Shown here: piece after piece, positions 14,937 to 24,020 of the stretch
How the letters are laid out: each line of letters opens with the position of its first letter
Position numbering within the stretch: the first letter of the stretch is position 1
Assembly (NCBI GenBank): GCA_035601515.1
Contig: DATNOD010000001.1
Coordinates: forward strand, 1-59,091
Direction of reading: 5' to 3'
Length of the DNA stretch: 59,091 bases
From: Candidatus Eiseniibacteriota bacterium
GTDB lineage: Bacteria > Chloroflexota > Dormibacteria > Dormibacterales > Dormibacteraceae
Translations under genes and position numbers: made by a program
Notes under the pieces: model-generated
The model's database searches: none
Seen by the model: the letters and a program-made list of their open reading frames with translations, nothing else
What the model was told of the DNA's origin: nothing

Positions 14937-17590
14937 ACGTTGGTCCAATTCGACTTGCCACGCGCGGCCCGTCGCTGCTGTGGCACGGAGCCAATGGCGT
15001 CGTGCAGATGGCCACTCACCCACTTGGTTTCGACGGTGCATCAGATGCGGATCAAATGCGGTGGCTCCACGGCTTTAGGCGACTGCTCGACGGCCTCGAC
15101 GCGCCGTTGCAGGTCGTGATCGAGACCGAGCCGGGATCAGGCGGGGACGACACAATCGCGCTGCCCACACCGCGCGACTTCGACGACATGAGGGGTGCTG
15201 ATCTGCGGTTCGTCGAGCTGATGTCGCGATCACCCTCGGCCCACCGCAGGCTGACTTCATTGGTCACACCGACATCAAATGCGCAACGTCTCGAAGGTGC
15301 GCTCCGCGAGATGGGTATCGGTTTTTCCAGCGCGACACCAGTACACGGCCCGACGTTCGGACTGGAGCGTCCTCACGAATTCTCATTCCACGCGGGGTGG
15401 AGCCGGTCCTGGTACCTCGAGCGCATGCCCGGGACCGAGCTCGAAGCCGGCTGGCTCTTTCGGTTGATCCCTTCCGGCTTGAAGACGCGCCTCTCGTGGC
15501 ATGCCGATCCGCTGCCGGTGGCGTGGATCGTCGATTACCTGCAACGCCAGCTCACCAACATGCGAGTCTCGCGAATGCAGGAGCTCAGCGCGGGGACAAA
15601 CGATCCGATGCTTGCCGGAGCTCTGCCCAACACGGAAGATCTGCAGCGACGCCTGGCCTCAAGCCAGGAGAAGGCGTTTCACGTCTCCGTCTACATCACC
15701 TTGGTCGCGGCCACGAAGCAGGCCCTTGAGGAGGGTTCGGAAGAAATTCGCTCCGCGGCTCGCGCCGCACTTTGTGAGCTCCAGCCGTCCACGTTCCGGA
15801 TGCTCGACGGCCACCTCGCGACCCTTCCTGCGTGCGCCGACCGTCTGGCCCGCAAACGTGTCCTCGACACCAGCGCGCTGGCAACGCTCTTCCCTTGGTG
15901 TGGTGCGGAGATTCAGCAACCAGGTGGTCTCGTCGTCGGCAGCGGCTACGCGAGCGGTGGACCCGTCCTTGTCGACCCTTTCGACCAGACACGGTATGCC
16001 AACGCCAACATCGGCGTGTTCGGCTATTCCGGCGCGGGAAAGACCTACCTGCTTTCGACGCTCCTGATGGGATCACTTGGCCGCGGCATTCAGGTGTATG
16101 TGATCGATCCCGAGCACGAATATGGCAACCTCGCGCGCCACCTCGGCGGCATCGATGTGCAGCTGGCACTGGGCTCGGGCCACTCTCTCAACGTGCTCGA
16201 ACTTCGACCGTCGGAGCGCCGAGACGAGTCGTGGCTGGGCGCTGCGACAGCGGATGCGGTCGACCTCTGCGCGACCATATGCGGCGGACTCGATGAGGCC
16301 GAGCGGGCGGTGGTCGAGGCCGCTGCTCGCGCTGCCTACCACGCTGCAGAGCAGCCGGTGCTGAGCGACGTCGCGATGTTACTTCCGAACGATTCTCGGG
16401 CCTTCGCGATCCTCCAACGCTGGGTAAACGGAAGCCTCGGTCAGATGTTCAGCGCACCGACAAATATCGATCTCGAAGCTCCCATCGTCGTGTTCGGCAT
16501 GCGGGAGCTGCGCGACGAGCTGATCCCGCCGGTCCACTTCCTACTGGCGGAAGCCCTGTGGACCCGAATCAAGCGCAAGGACCGTCGCCGAATGCTCGTC
16601 GTCGACGAGCTGGGCCTTCTGTTTGAGGACCCGACCATCCGGCGCTTCGTGGTGAACCTCGCGCGGAGGATTCGCAAATACGACGGGTCACTGGTGTTCG
16701 CAACTCAGAATCCAGGCGACCTGTTGAGCACCGATGCAGGAGCCGTCGTCGCGACCAACCCAGCTCTGCTCTTTCTTGGCGCTCAGCGGCCGGGCGAGGC
16801 TGCCAAGCTCGAGTCGGCCTTTCATCTCAGCCCCAGGCAGCGCGCGTTCTTGGAGGCGGCCAAGCGTGGCGATTTTTTGCTGTCAGCTGGCCCAGACCGG
16901 CTCACCGTCCGCGTCCAGGCGCCCGGCTGGCAGGAGGAGGCGATGCGGCTGGCGCGGCACACGGCGCGACCGCCGCCCATTACAGGTAGGCTAAATCGCG
17001 TGCGTAGAGTCCTCCACTACCGGCTGTACGGACTTCCCGAGCAGCGTCTCGAGCGGGTGCACGCCCAGTTCGAGGCTCTTGCCGAAGCACGTACATGGCG
17101 CTGCGAGCCGCCGTGGGTGGCCAGCTCGTACTCGCGCGGACTCTTCGAGATGGAGTACTTCCGCCACCTCAAAAACGAGGACGTCGTAAACACCACCGCT
17201 GCGGGTTTCGTGAAGATGGCGGGCGACGAGACCGACGCCCTGATCGTCGCCATCTTCATGCGCGACCTGAGCGCGGAATACGGCATCAAGACGACATTGA
17301 AGGACGAGGATCATCCGCTCGCCAAGCTGCGCCGGCTCGAGTTCGACCACGGCCGGCTTCCGAATGGTCAGTCGCTGGAGGAAGTCCTGGCCAAGCGCCC
17401 GGTGATCAAGAAGGTTCAAGGCGAGCGCATCCTTTTCTACCCGCCGACCTTTCGCCTTCACTCCCAGAGTCCCCCGAGCCCGGAGTGGGCCTACGCCCTG
17501 TTTGGGATCCGGGCCTATGCCCCGACTTTGCTGGAGGCCGAACAAGAAGCGCTCAAGATCCTGAGAGGCTTCGGTCACCTTGCCGGCTGA
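14933..17590 (+). CDS. VirB4/TrsE/PrgJ-like conjugation ATPase with an uncharacterised ~200-aa C-terminal extension
   Basis: TTG 14933 overlaps the PrgI stop (TTGA). Walker A GYSGAGKT, VIDPEHEYGNLARHLGG, Walker B RRMLVVDELG, FATQNPGD. No stop codon between the ATPase core (ends about 16980) and the extra domain. The 5' part of track ORF 14744-17590 overlaps PrgI and is rejected. Confidence 0.7.
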   Translation: MNVGPIRLATRGPSLLWHGANGVVQMATHPLGFDGASDADQMRWLHGFRRLLDGLDAPLQVVIETEPGSGGDDTIALPTPRDFDDMRGADLRFVELMSRSPSAHRRLTSLVTPTSNAQRLEGALREMGIGFSSATPVHGPTFGLERPHEFSFHAGWSRSWYLERMPGTELEAGWLFRLIPSGLKTRLSWHADPLPVAWIVDYLQRQLTNMRVSRMQELSAGTNDPMLAGALPNTEDLQRRLASSQEKAFHVSVYITLVAATKQALEEGSEEIRSAARAALCELQPSTFRMLDGHLATLPACADRLARKRVLDTSALATLFPWCGAEIQQPGGLVVGSGYASGGPVLVDPFDQTRYANANIGVFGYSGAGKTYLLSTLLMGSLGRGIQVYVIDPEHEYGNLARHLGGIDVQLALGSGHSLNVLELRPSERRDESWLGAATADAVDLCATICGGLDEAERAVVEAAARAAYHAAEQPVLSDVAMLLPNDSRAFAILQRWVNGSLGQMFSAPTNIDLEAPIVVFGMRELRDELIPPVHFLLAEALWTRIKRKDRRRMLVVDELGLLFEDPTIRRFVVNLARRIRKYDGSLVFATQNPGDLLSTDAGAVVATNPALLFLGAQRPGEAAKLESAFHLSPRQRAFLEAAKRGDFLLSAGPDRLTVRVQAPGWQEEAMRLARHTARPPPITGRLNRVRRVLHYRLYGLPEQRLERVHAQFEALAEARTWRCEPPWVASSYSRGLFEMEYFRHLKNEDVVNTTAAGFVKMAGDETDALIVAIFMRDLSAEYGIKTTLKDEDHPLAKLRRLEFDHGRLPNGQSLEEVLAKRPVIKKVQGERILFYPPTFRLHSQSPPSPEWAYALFGIRAYAPTLLEAEQEALKILRGFGHLAG

Positions 17591-18419
17591 AGGCGCCCTC
17601 GCCCGCGAAGGCACGATCGACTCGGCTGACGGTACCAAGCTCTCGTACCGTGCCTGGCCGAAAGCGGGTGCAGGAATCACGTTCGCGGTCGTGCACGGAC
17701 TTGGCGAGCACGCGCGGCGATACGAGCGCTTCGCCCTCGGGATGTCGCGGCACGGTTTCGCGACATTCGCGGTCGATCTGCGCGGTCATGGCAAGAGTCC
17801 CGGCCCACGAGGACATGTCGACAAATGGAGCCAATGGACTGAGGACGCGGCAGCATTTGTGGGGTACGTGGAGGGAATTGCCGGTGGAGAGGTGGTGCCG
17901 CTTGGGCATTCATTCGGCGGCGCCACTCTGCTGAGCACGGTTCTCGCTGACAAGCTGCCCGGAACCAGAAGGTTCATCTTGTCCAGCCCGGCGCTAAGGG
18001 TGAAGGCAGCCGTGCCTGGCTGGAAAATTGCGCTTGCCAGGGCGACTTCGACGATCGTTCCGAAACTGGCTCTCGAGAATGAGGTCGACCCGAAGGTGCT
18101 CTCCCGGATTCCTGAGGTGGTCGAGGCCTATCGCACCGATCCGCTTGTGCACAGCAAGATCTCCAGCCGCCTCTATTCGGAATGGAGGGCCGCCTGCAAG
18201 CGCATCTTCGAGCGCGCCGGCAAGATCAGCATCCCGTTCTTGATCCTGGCCGGGACCGACGATGGGTTGATCGACCCCGATGGCAGCAAGGAACTGCACC
18301 GCCTGTCGGACTCGGTGAGCCAACTCACGCTATTGGAGGGCCGCTACCATGAGCCCTTCAACGACCTGGACAACGAGGAGGTCTTCGCTGTGATTGCTGA
18401 TTGGTTGTCGAAGTCGTGA
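17580..18419 (+). CDS. Alpha/beta hydrolase (lysophospholipase/monoacylglycerol lipase-like)
   Basis: HGLGEHARRYERFA...VDLRGHGKS...GHSFGG nucleophile elbow. TTG start overlaps the previous gene by 11 nt. Confidence 0.7.
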   Translation: MPAEGALAREGTIDSADGTKLSYRAWPKAGAGITFAVVHGLGEHARRYERFALGMSRHGFATFAVDLRGHGKSPGPRGHVDKWSQWTEDAAAFVGYVEGIAGGEVVPLGHSFGGATLLSTVLADKLPGTRRFILSSPALRVKAAVPGWKIALARATSTIVPKLALENEVDPKVLSRIPEVVEAYRTDPLVHSKISSRLYSEWRAACKRIFERAGKISIPFLILAGTDDGLIDPDGSKELHRLSDSVSQLTLLEGRYHEPFNDLDNEEVFAVIADWLSKS

Positions 18420-18685
18420 ACCTCGAGCCCGGATCATGGGTCGCCTGGATCGTCGTCGGGCTGATATCGGGTGCGGTTGCGGCTCGTGTGGTGACGGGCC
18501 GTGGGTTTGGCTGCATCGCGGACATCGTCGTCGGCGTCGCAGGCGCGATCATCGGCGGTTTTCTGCTGAACGCCCTTTTTCATATGACGGGAACAGTCGG
18601 CTTCTTGGGAAGCATCGTGGTCGCATTCATCGGCGCCGCGGTATTACTGGCCGGGCTGAAGCTGCTATCCGGCGGGCGGCTCTGA
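18416..18685 (+). CDS. GlsB/YeaQ/YmgE family stress-response membrane protein
   Basis: GTG 18416 overlapping the hydrolase stop (GTGA). WIVVGLISGAVAARVV...DIVVGVAGAIIGGFL pattern. Confidence 0.7.
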   Translation: MNLEPGSWVAWIVVGLISGAVAARVVTGRGFGCIADIVVGVAGAIIGGFLLNALFHMTGTVGFLGSIVVAFIGAAVLLAGLKLLSGGRL

Positions 18686-19564
18686 CTCCGAGCCGACTCC
18701 GACTGACCGGCTGACTCGTTCGATCTCCGCCGCCACCTGGGCCGGCGCGAAGAGCGGTATGTCATGCGGAGTGTCGAACCAGCGGACTTCGACGCTGGGC
18801 GCGATCGTGGCCACGCGCGCCGCTCCCTGTTCCTTCCAACCGCCGACCCGGCCTGGGCCCCCACGGGCAAGCAGTGCGATGGCCGCAACCTCGACGCGAG
18901 GCCAGAGCACATCGGGCTGGGAGTCGTAGAGGCCGCGTAGAAGGTCGAGCCGAGCCGATGCGGTCAAGGTCAGAACGAAGGCCTCTCCGTCTTTTATGAG
19001 GCGAGCTCGAACAAACGGCTCCAGGTCGTCGGCCCATGCGCCGTCGAAATCGCGCGCGGACTCGGCCATCGCGTCGGCAAAGGTGGCAAAGCGAGGCAGT
19101 GGCGGCTGCATGAAGCGTTGTGCGTCCTCCCAGCTGAACATGTTGGACGCGCTCTGAATCGGTCCGTCGATGAATACAAGTGCAGAAGCAAGAGCCGGAC
19201 GGGCGCCGACCAGCTCGAGCGCAACGGTCGCTCCCCAGGAGTGGCCAACGACAACAGCTTTGCCTAGCGCCAGGTCATCGATCACGAAAGACGCGTCTTC
19301 CAGGAGCTCGTCCATGGCATATCCGTGGTCGGCCTGCGGAGCGTGAGGCGGGCGGCCGGTCAAGCCATGCCCGCGCTGGTCGAGGGCGACGATTCGCCGG
19401 TTCGGAAGGTTTTGGGCGAGCCGATCCCAATACCGAGAGTTCGAGCTCAAGCCGTGGAGGAGGAGCACCGGCGGCAAGTGCTCAGCGCCGGCGTCAGGTC
19501 TCCACTCGACGTAGTGGAGACTGACGCCATCTCGCTCTAACCATCCGTCGACCGGCTGCGTCAC
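18665..19564 (-). CDS. Alpha/beta hydrolase
   Basis: LLLHGLSSNSRYWD...LDQRGHG...GHSWGA. Confidence 0.7.
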   Translation of the reverse strand: MTQPVDGWLERDGVSLHYVEWRPDAGAEHLPPVLLLHGLSSNSRYWDRLAQNLPNRRIVALDQRGHGLTGRPPHAPQADHGYAMDELLEDASFVIDDLALGKAVVVGHSWGATVALELVGARPALASALVFIDGPIQSASNMFSWEDAQRFMQPPLPRFATFADAMAESARDFDGAWADDLEPFVRARLIKDGEAFVLTLTASARLDLLRGLYDSQPDVLWPRVEVAAIALLARGGPGRVGGWKEQGAARVATIAPSVEVRWFDTPHDIPLFAPAQVAAEIERVSRSVGVGSESEPPAG

Positions 19565-19574
19565 CGGTCTTAGC

Positions 19575-21215
19575 CTAGACCGCGGCGGCGGTCACCTTCT
19601 CTTCGACCGGCACGCCCTGGGCGGCAGACGGGCGCTGGCGCCGCTTGATCAGCAGCGTCGTAAGCGCGGTGAACGCAAGGAACGCAATCGGCACCACCAG
19701 GGTTGCCTTCATCGCGTCGATGTACCCGCTTACGAACACATCGTGGGCCAGGGCAGCGAGCTGTTGCTGCACGGCCGGTGGCAGGCCTGCCGGCAGCTGA
19801 GCTCCGTTCTGTCCGGTCCCGATTTGGAAGCCGTTGCTCGCGACGGAGCTGAAGGCCTTGATGAATTGGTCTCGGAAGCTGGCCGGCAGCGCGCCGGCGT
19901 GGCTGACGGCCTGGTTGTGCAGCGTGGTCGCGAGCTGGTTTTGCAGCAAGGCACCGACGACTGCGCTTCCGATCGCCGCGCCGAGCTGACGAGTGGTGTT
20001 CAGAATTCCGGAGGCGGCGCCCGCCATCTGCGGCGTGATGTTGCGCATGGCCACCGTCGTCATTGGCGCGAAGGTCATGCCCATGCCGGCGCCGGCGATG
20101 ATCGCCGGGCCCAGGAAATTGATGAAGGTGGAGTCGGGTCCAGCCACCAAGGTCACCAGGCCGAATCCAAGGGTGAACAGGGAAATACCCGTCAGCAGGA
20201 TGTACTTCCCGCCAACTTTGTCGGCAAAGCGTCCGGCAAATGGCGCCACGACCATCGACATAAGCGACATGGGCGCGAACGTCAGGCCGGCGACGAGCGC
20301 GGTGAATCCGCGCACCGACTGCAAGTAAATGACGAGGGGCAGGAACAGGCTCAGCATGCCGAAGCTGATGGCGGCGGCGATCCAGTTGGCGACGGCGAAG
20401 TTGCGGTCTCGGAAAAGTGAAAGCGGCATCAGTGGCTCGGCCTGGAAGCGTTCCCAGACTATGAATACGACCAGAAGCACGACGCCGCCGACGATCACCT
20501 CAGGGATCGTGATCCCGTAGGAGCCGATCTCGCCCCAGCTGTAGCGCTGCCCTTCGATAAGCCCGAATACGACCGCGAACAGGCCTGCGGTAGAGAGGAA
20601 GACGCCCATGAAGTCCCAGCCGTGGCGCCGGCCCGGCCGGATGTCGGGGATGATCACGAAGGTGGCGATCAGCGCGGCGATCCCGATGGGGACGTTGACG
20701 AAGAAGATCCAGCGCCAGTTGATGTAGGTGACGATGGCGCCACCCAGGGTCGGCCCGGCGATGGTCGCGAGACCGGCCACGCCACCCCAGATGCCAAATG
20801 CGGCTCCGCGCCGCTCAGGAGGAAAAAGGGTCGTGATGATGGAAAGCGTCTGGGGCGTGAGGATCGCGCCTCCGACTCCCTGCAGGACGCGGGCAGCGAT
20901 GAGCTCGTTCGCGTTCTGAGAAATGCCACACAACGCGGACGCGAACGTGAACACGAACAGCCCGATGGCAAACAGGTTGCGCTGTCCATAAAGGTCGCCT
21001 AGCCGGCCGGCAGTGATCAACAGCACTGCATAGACGAGGATGTAGGCGTTCAACACCCACAAGATCTGGTCGAGCGTTGTGTTGAGCCCGTCTCCTTTGT
21101 TGCTGCTCATGGCCGGTATGGCAACGTTGACGATGGTGGTGTCCAGCAGGATCATGAAAAATCCCATCGTGAGCACCAACAGGACCAGCCAGGGATTAGT
21201 GCGTGCTTGCGCCAT
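19575..21215 (-). CDS. MFS transporter, DHA2 (EmrB/QacA-like, 14-TMS) drug efflux family
   Basis: 546 aa, about 14 TM helices. GRLGDLYGQR motif. Downstream of and overlapping a PadR gene. Confidence 0.75.
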   Translation of the reverse strand: MAQARTNPWLVLLVLTMGFFMILLDTTIVNVAIPAMSSNKGDGLNTTLDQILWVLNAYILVYAVLLITAGRLGDLYGQRNLFAIGLFVFTFASALCGISQNANELIAARVLQGVGGAILTPQTLSIITTLFPPERRGAAFGIWGGVAGLATIAGPTLGGAIVTYINWRWIFFVNVPIGIAALIATFVIIPDIRPGRRHGWDFMGVFLSTAGLFAVVFGLIEGQRYSWGEIGSYGITIPEVIVGGVVLLVVFIVWERFQAEPLMPLSLFRDRNFAVANWIAAAISFGMLSLFLPLVIYLQSVRGFTALVAGLTFAPMSLMSMVVAPFAGRFADKVGGKYILLTGISLFTLGFGLVTLVAGPDSTFINFLGPAIIAGAGMGMTFAPMTTVAMRNITPQMAGAASGILNTTRQLGAAIGSAVVGALLQNQLATTLHNQAVSHAGALPASFRDQFIKAFSSVASNGFQIGTGQNGAQLPAGLPPAVQQQLAALAHDVFVSGYIDAMKATLVVPIAFLAFTALTTLLIKRRQRPSAAQGVPVEEKVTAAAV

Positions 21216-21825
21216 GACTCCTCCTTAACGTCGTGTGACTCGCGTCAATTCCGACTTTCCACTCCAGCTTTCCGTCGATGATTTCCTTCTCCACCTTGCG
21301 AACCCACTTGCGCTCGGCATCGAGCATCGCGATCTTGTGTTCCATCTCGATCAGGGCCAGACGGCTCAGTCCCTGTTTGTGAAGCTCGTCGAGCACGTGC
21401 TCGAACTTCGTGACCTGCGCGTCGAGCAAAGAGGCGCGTTCGTTGAGATGGCCCGCGGCCTCAGTCGCGCCGAGGTGATGCATGAACATGAGGCCGGCGA
21501 CGAAGTGGGGATATTCGCGCATCGGTTTGCGAAGCAGCTCGCCCAGCGTTCGACTCAAGACCTGGCTGCCTGCCTCCGTGAGCTTGTAAATGGTGCGCTC
21601 GGGGCGCCGGCCTTCCTTCTCGCGCTCGGCGGAGACGATCCAGCCGTTGCGTTCGAGCACGTCAACTGTGTGGTAGAGGGTTCCGAAGTTGAGTCGGATG
21701 AACTCGTCCTGATGGCGGATCCTCATCGTTGAAGACATTTCGTAGGGGTGCATGGGCCGCTCGTCGAGCAGCTCGAGGATCGATAGCGCCAGGGGTGAGA
21801 GCGTGTCTGCGTCGGGTTCGGTCAT
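21196..21825 (-). CDS. PadR family transcriptional regulator
   Basis: ATG 21825 (MTEPDADTLSPLALSILELLDERPMHPYEM...LERNGWI...RTIYKLTEAG). The upstream 47 codons of the track ORF are rejected. Confidence 0.75.
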   Translation of the reverse strand: MTEPDADTLSPLALSILELLDERPMHPYEMSSTMRIRHQDEFIRLNFGTLYHTVDVLERNGWIVSAEREKEGRRPERTIYKLTEAGSQVLSRTLGELLRKPMREYPHFVAGLMFMHHLGATEAAGHLNERASLLDAQVTKFEHVLDELHKQGLSRLALIEMEHKIAMLDAERKWVRKVEKEIIDGKLEWKVGIDASHTTLRRSHGASTH

Positions 21826-22047
21826 ATATTCGAGATGGAGTATACGAAGACGGATATACGGTGTCAAGTACCCCGTTTGGAGTGTCTTAACGACCAGGGT
21901 TGGCCGGCCGCAGGCGTCTGAACTAGGCTCGCCACAAGGTGCGAAGGCTTGGGGGAGGGAAGCCAATCAAAAGGGAGGGCCCCCCAAAGGTGTGGCCGAA
22001 CTCGGGCGGCGGCAACCGGTAACCGGCCGCAGGGGTAGTTACCGTAG

Positions 22048-22635
22048 ATGCATGCGCAGGCGGCGGCCCAGGCCCTCCCCATGACCGGGACTCCCGACGC
22101 CCGAGCACTAGCTGCGGGCCAGCTTGCTCACCAGGCGACCGGCGGCGACCTGGATGCATTCGAAGAGTTGGTCCGCCGCATGCAGCGCCGCGTCTACGGG
22201 TTCGCATATCAGCATCTACGAGACCTCGACGAGGCCCACGACCTCACCCAGGAGATCTTCGTCAAGCTCTATCGCAACCTCGCCCGCTACGACGCCGACC
22301 GGCCATTCGAGCCCTGGTTCTGGAAGCTCGCCGCCAACAGCACGATCAACTACCGGCGGAAGCGCGTGCCCATGCCAACCGACCAATCCGCGGACCAAGC
22401 CACAACCGGATCTGAGTCAGGCTTCCCCGCCCACGATCCCGCGCTCATCGACGCGCTGGCCCAGCTCGACCCCGCCTACCGCCTGCCCATCCTTCTTCAC
22501 TATTACGCCGACCTTCCCCTCGACCAGGTCGCCCAGAGCCTGAGTCTCAGCGTGCCGGCCATCAAGTCGCGGCTTCACCGCGCCCGCGCTCTGCTCCGCA
22601 ACTCGCTGGCGGAGTCCGAGGAAGCCGGCCAGTAA
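22048..22635 (+). CDS. ECF (sigma-70 family) sigma factor
   Basis: Region 2 DLTQEIFVKLYRNLARYDADRPFEPWFWKLAANSTINYRRK. Region 4 LLHYYADLPLDQVAQSLSLSVPAIKSRLHRAR. Start ATG 22048 or 22081. Confidence 0.8.
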   Translation: MHAQAAAQALPMTGTPDARALAAGQLAHQATGGDLDAFEELVRRMQRRVYGFAYQHLRDLDEAHDLTQEIFVKLYRNLARYDADRPFEPWFWKLAANSTINYRRKRVPMPTDQSADQATTGSESGFPAHDPALIDALAQLDPAYRLPILLHYYADLPLDQVAQSLSLSVPAIKSRLHRARALLRNSLAESEEAGQ

Positions 22636-23174
22636 TGAATGCCCTCGCGTGCGCGCGCGTGCGCGTACTTCTGGAGCCGTACGTCGATGGCGACCTCGCT
22701 CACAACGATCCTGAGACGGCACGAGCCGTCGGCGACCACCTGGTCACTTGTGCGGACTGCCGCCGCCAGCATCAACAAGCGGTATCCCTGCCTTTCCGGA
22801 TGAAAGCGCTTCGGTCGCCAGCACCCCGCGCAACCCTGGTCGCCGGCGTGATGGGCTCGATCGCACCGCAACCGCAAGCCGCACGCGCCGCGTGGGGCCT
22901 GCTCGTCCCCGAGGCGCTGCTCGGCGCGTTCATCCTCTGGTACGTCTCCGGCCTCGACGGCCTTACCGCTCTAGCATCGGGGGCCTGGAGCAACCTGCAG
23001 GGCCTCGCGTTCTGGGGTTCGGGCACGGCGCCGCTCCCGAGCGTCCCCGTGGCCGACGTCCTGCTGCTCGGAGCCTTCATCACGCTGACAGCAATCGCGG
23101 CGTATCACCTGTCTCTGCTCGCAAAGCTCGACCAGAGCGCGACACCACGCTTCACTGAGCATCGCGGCGCGTGA
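22635..23174 (+). CDS. Zinc-binding (ZAS, zf-HC2) anti-sigma factor, membrane anchored
   Basis: H-x3-C-x2-C motif (DHLVTCADC). TAATG overlap with the sigma gene. C-terminal TM helices. Confidence 0.7.
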   Translation: MNALACARVRVLLEPYVDGDLAHNDPETARAVGDHLVTCADCRRQHQQAVSLPFRMKALRSPAPRATLVAGVMGSIAPQPQAARAAWGLLVPEALLGAFILWYVSGLDGLTALASGAWSNLQGLAFWGSGTAPLPSVPVADVLLLGAFITLTAIAAYHLSLLAKLDQSATPRFTEHRGA

Positions 23175-23992
23175 GCGAACGGAACGAAGGTGAAGGCGCG
23201 TCGCCCGGCGACGCGCAGCAGCCGCCTGCACGACCAGCCGGACCGCCCATGTTGCGACGTTGGGGTTGGCCGATCCTGGTCGCGGTACTTGCCGCGCTCG
23301 GCGTGCTTCTGGCGATAGCCGACACCGCGCTCTACGGCCCGACGCTTGGGCCTTACGCGACTTTCTTGATCGGCCCCTCCCAAGGGGTCAACTTCGTCCC
23401 GCGGCAGAGTCCGGATTCCGGGCGATTCATCAAGAACAGGTTTCCCGAGAAGGTCAGCTTCGGATCGCCGTTCGGCCGGCTCGGCACGATGAGCCCTTTG
23501 CAAGCGCTTCGCGCCTTTCTCAGCAATGGAGCCGGCCTCGTGCTCCTCGCCTTGGCCGTGCTGCTTCTGTTTCCCAACCGGGCGCGAGTCGCGGTCCAGC
23601 GGCTGGAAGGCCGGCATGGAATCGAGATCGCGCTCGCCGCGGGCATCGCCGCGTTTTTGCTCGCCATCGGGGCCGTCGCCTTGCTGAGGTTCACCTTGAT
23701 CTTCCTGGCGGTCATCCCGTTTGTGATCCTGATCGCGGTTGCGGTCGCGCTTTTCGGGATCGCGTGCATAGCGCTGGCGCTTGGCCGCCTGTTGCAGCGG
23801 CGCCTCCATCTGGGACCGGCGCACCCGCTCGTCGCGGCGGTCGCCGGCGCCCTGCTCGTTTTCGACCTCGCAGTCATCCCCTACCTCGGCGCGGTGGCGC
23901 TGGCGGCGGTTGCGATCGCTGGCCTGGGACTCGCCGCGGTCACTCGCTTCGGATCCGAAACCGGATGGTCCTTCGGAGACCCCGACTGGTGA
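23171..23992 (+). CDS. Polytopic membrane protein of unknown function (positional analog of YknW)
   Basis: GTG overlapping the previous stop (GTGA). 5-6 predicted TM helices. No recognised motif. Confidence 0.5.
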   Translation: MSERNEGEGASPGDAQQPPARPAGPPMLRRWGWPILVAVLAALGVLLAIADTALYGPTLGPYATFLIGPSQGVNFVPRQSPDSGRFIKNRFPEKVSFGSPFGRLGTMSPLQALRAFLSNGAGLVLLALAVLLLFPNRARVAVQRLEGRHGIEIALAAGIAAFLLAIGAVALLRFTLIFLAVIPFVILIAVAVALFGIACIALALGRLLQRRLHLGPAHPLVAAVAGALLVFDLAVIPYLGAVALAAVAIAGLGLAAVTRFGSETGWSFGDPDW

Positions 23993-24020
23993 TGTCAAAA
24001 GCAATGGAGGTGAGAGTCGG

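Noticed and set aside
21826-22047. Operator or promoter palindromes in the PadR/ECF divergent region (GTATAC...ATATAC near 21845-21870; GGTAAC-N14-GTTACC at about 22017-22042)
   Set aside because: The repeats are short (6 bp) and imperfect. I could not distinguish them from chance without comparative data, so they are not listed as features.
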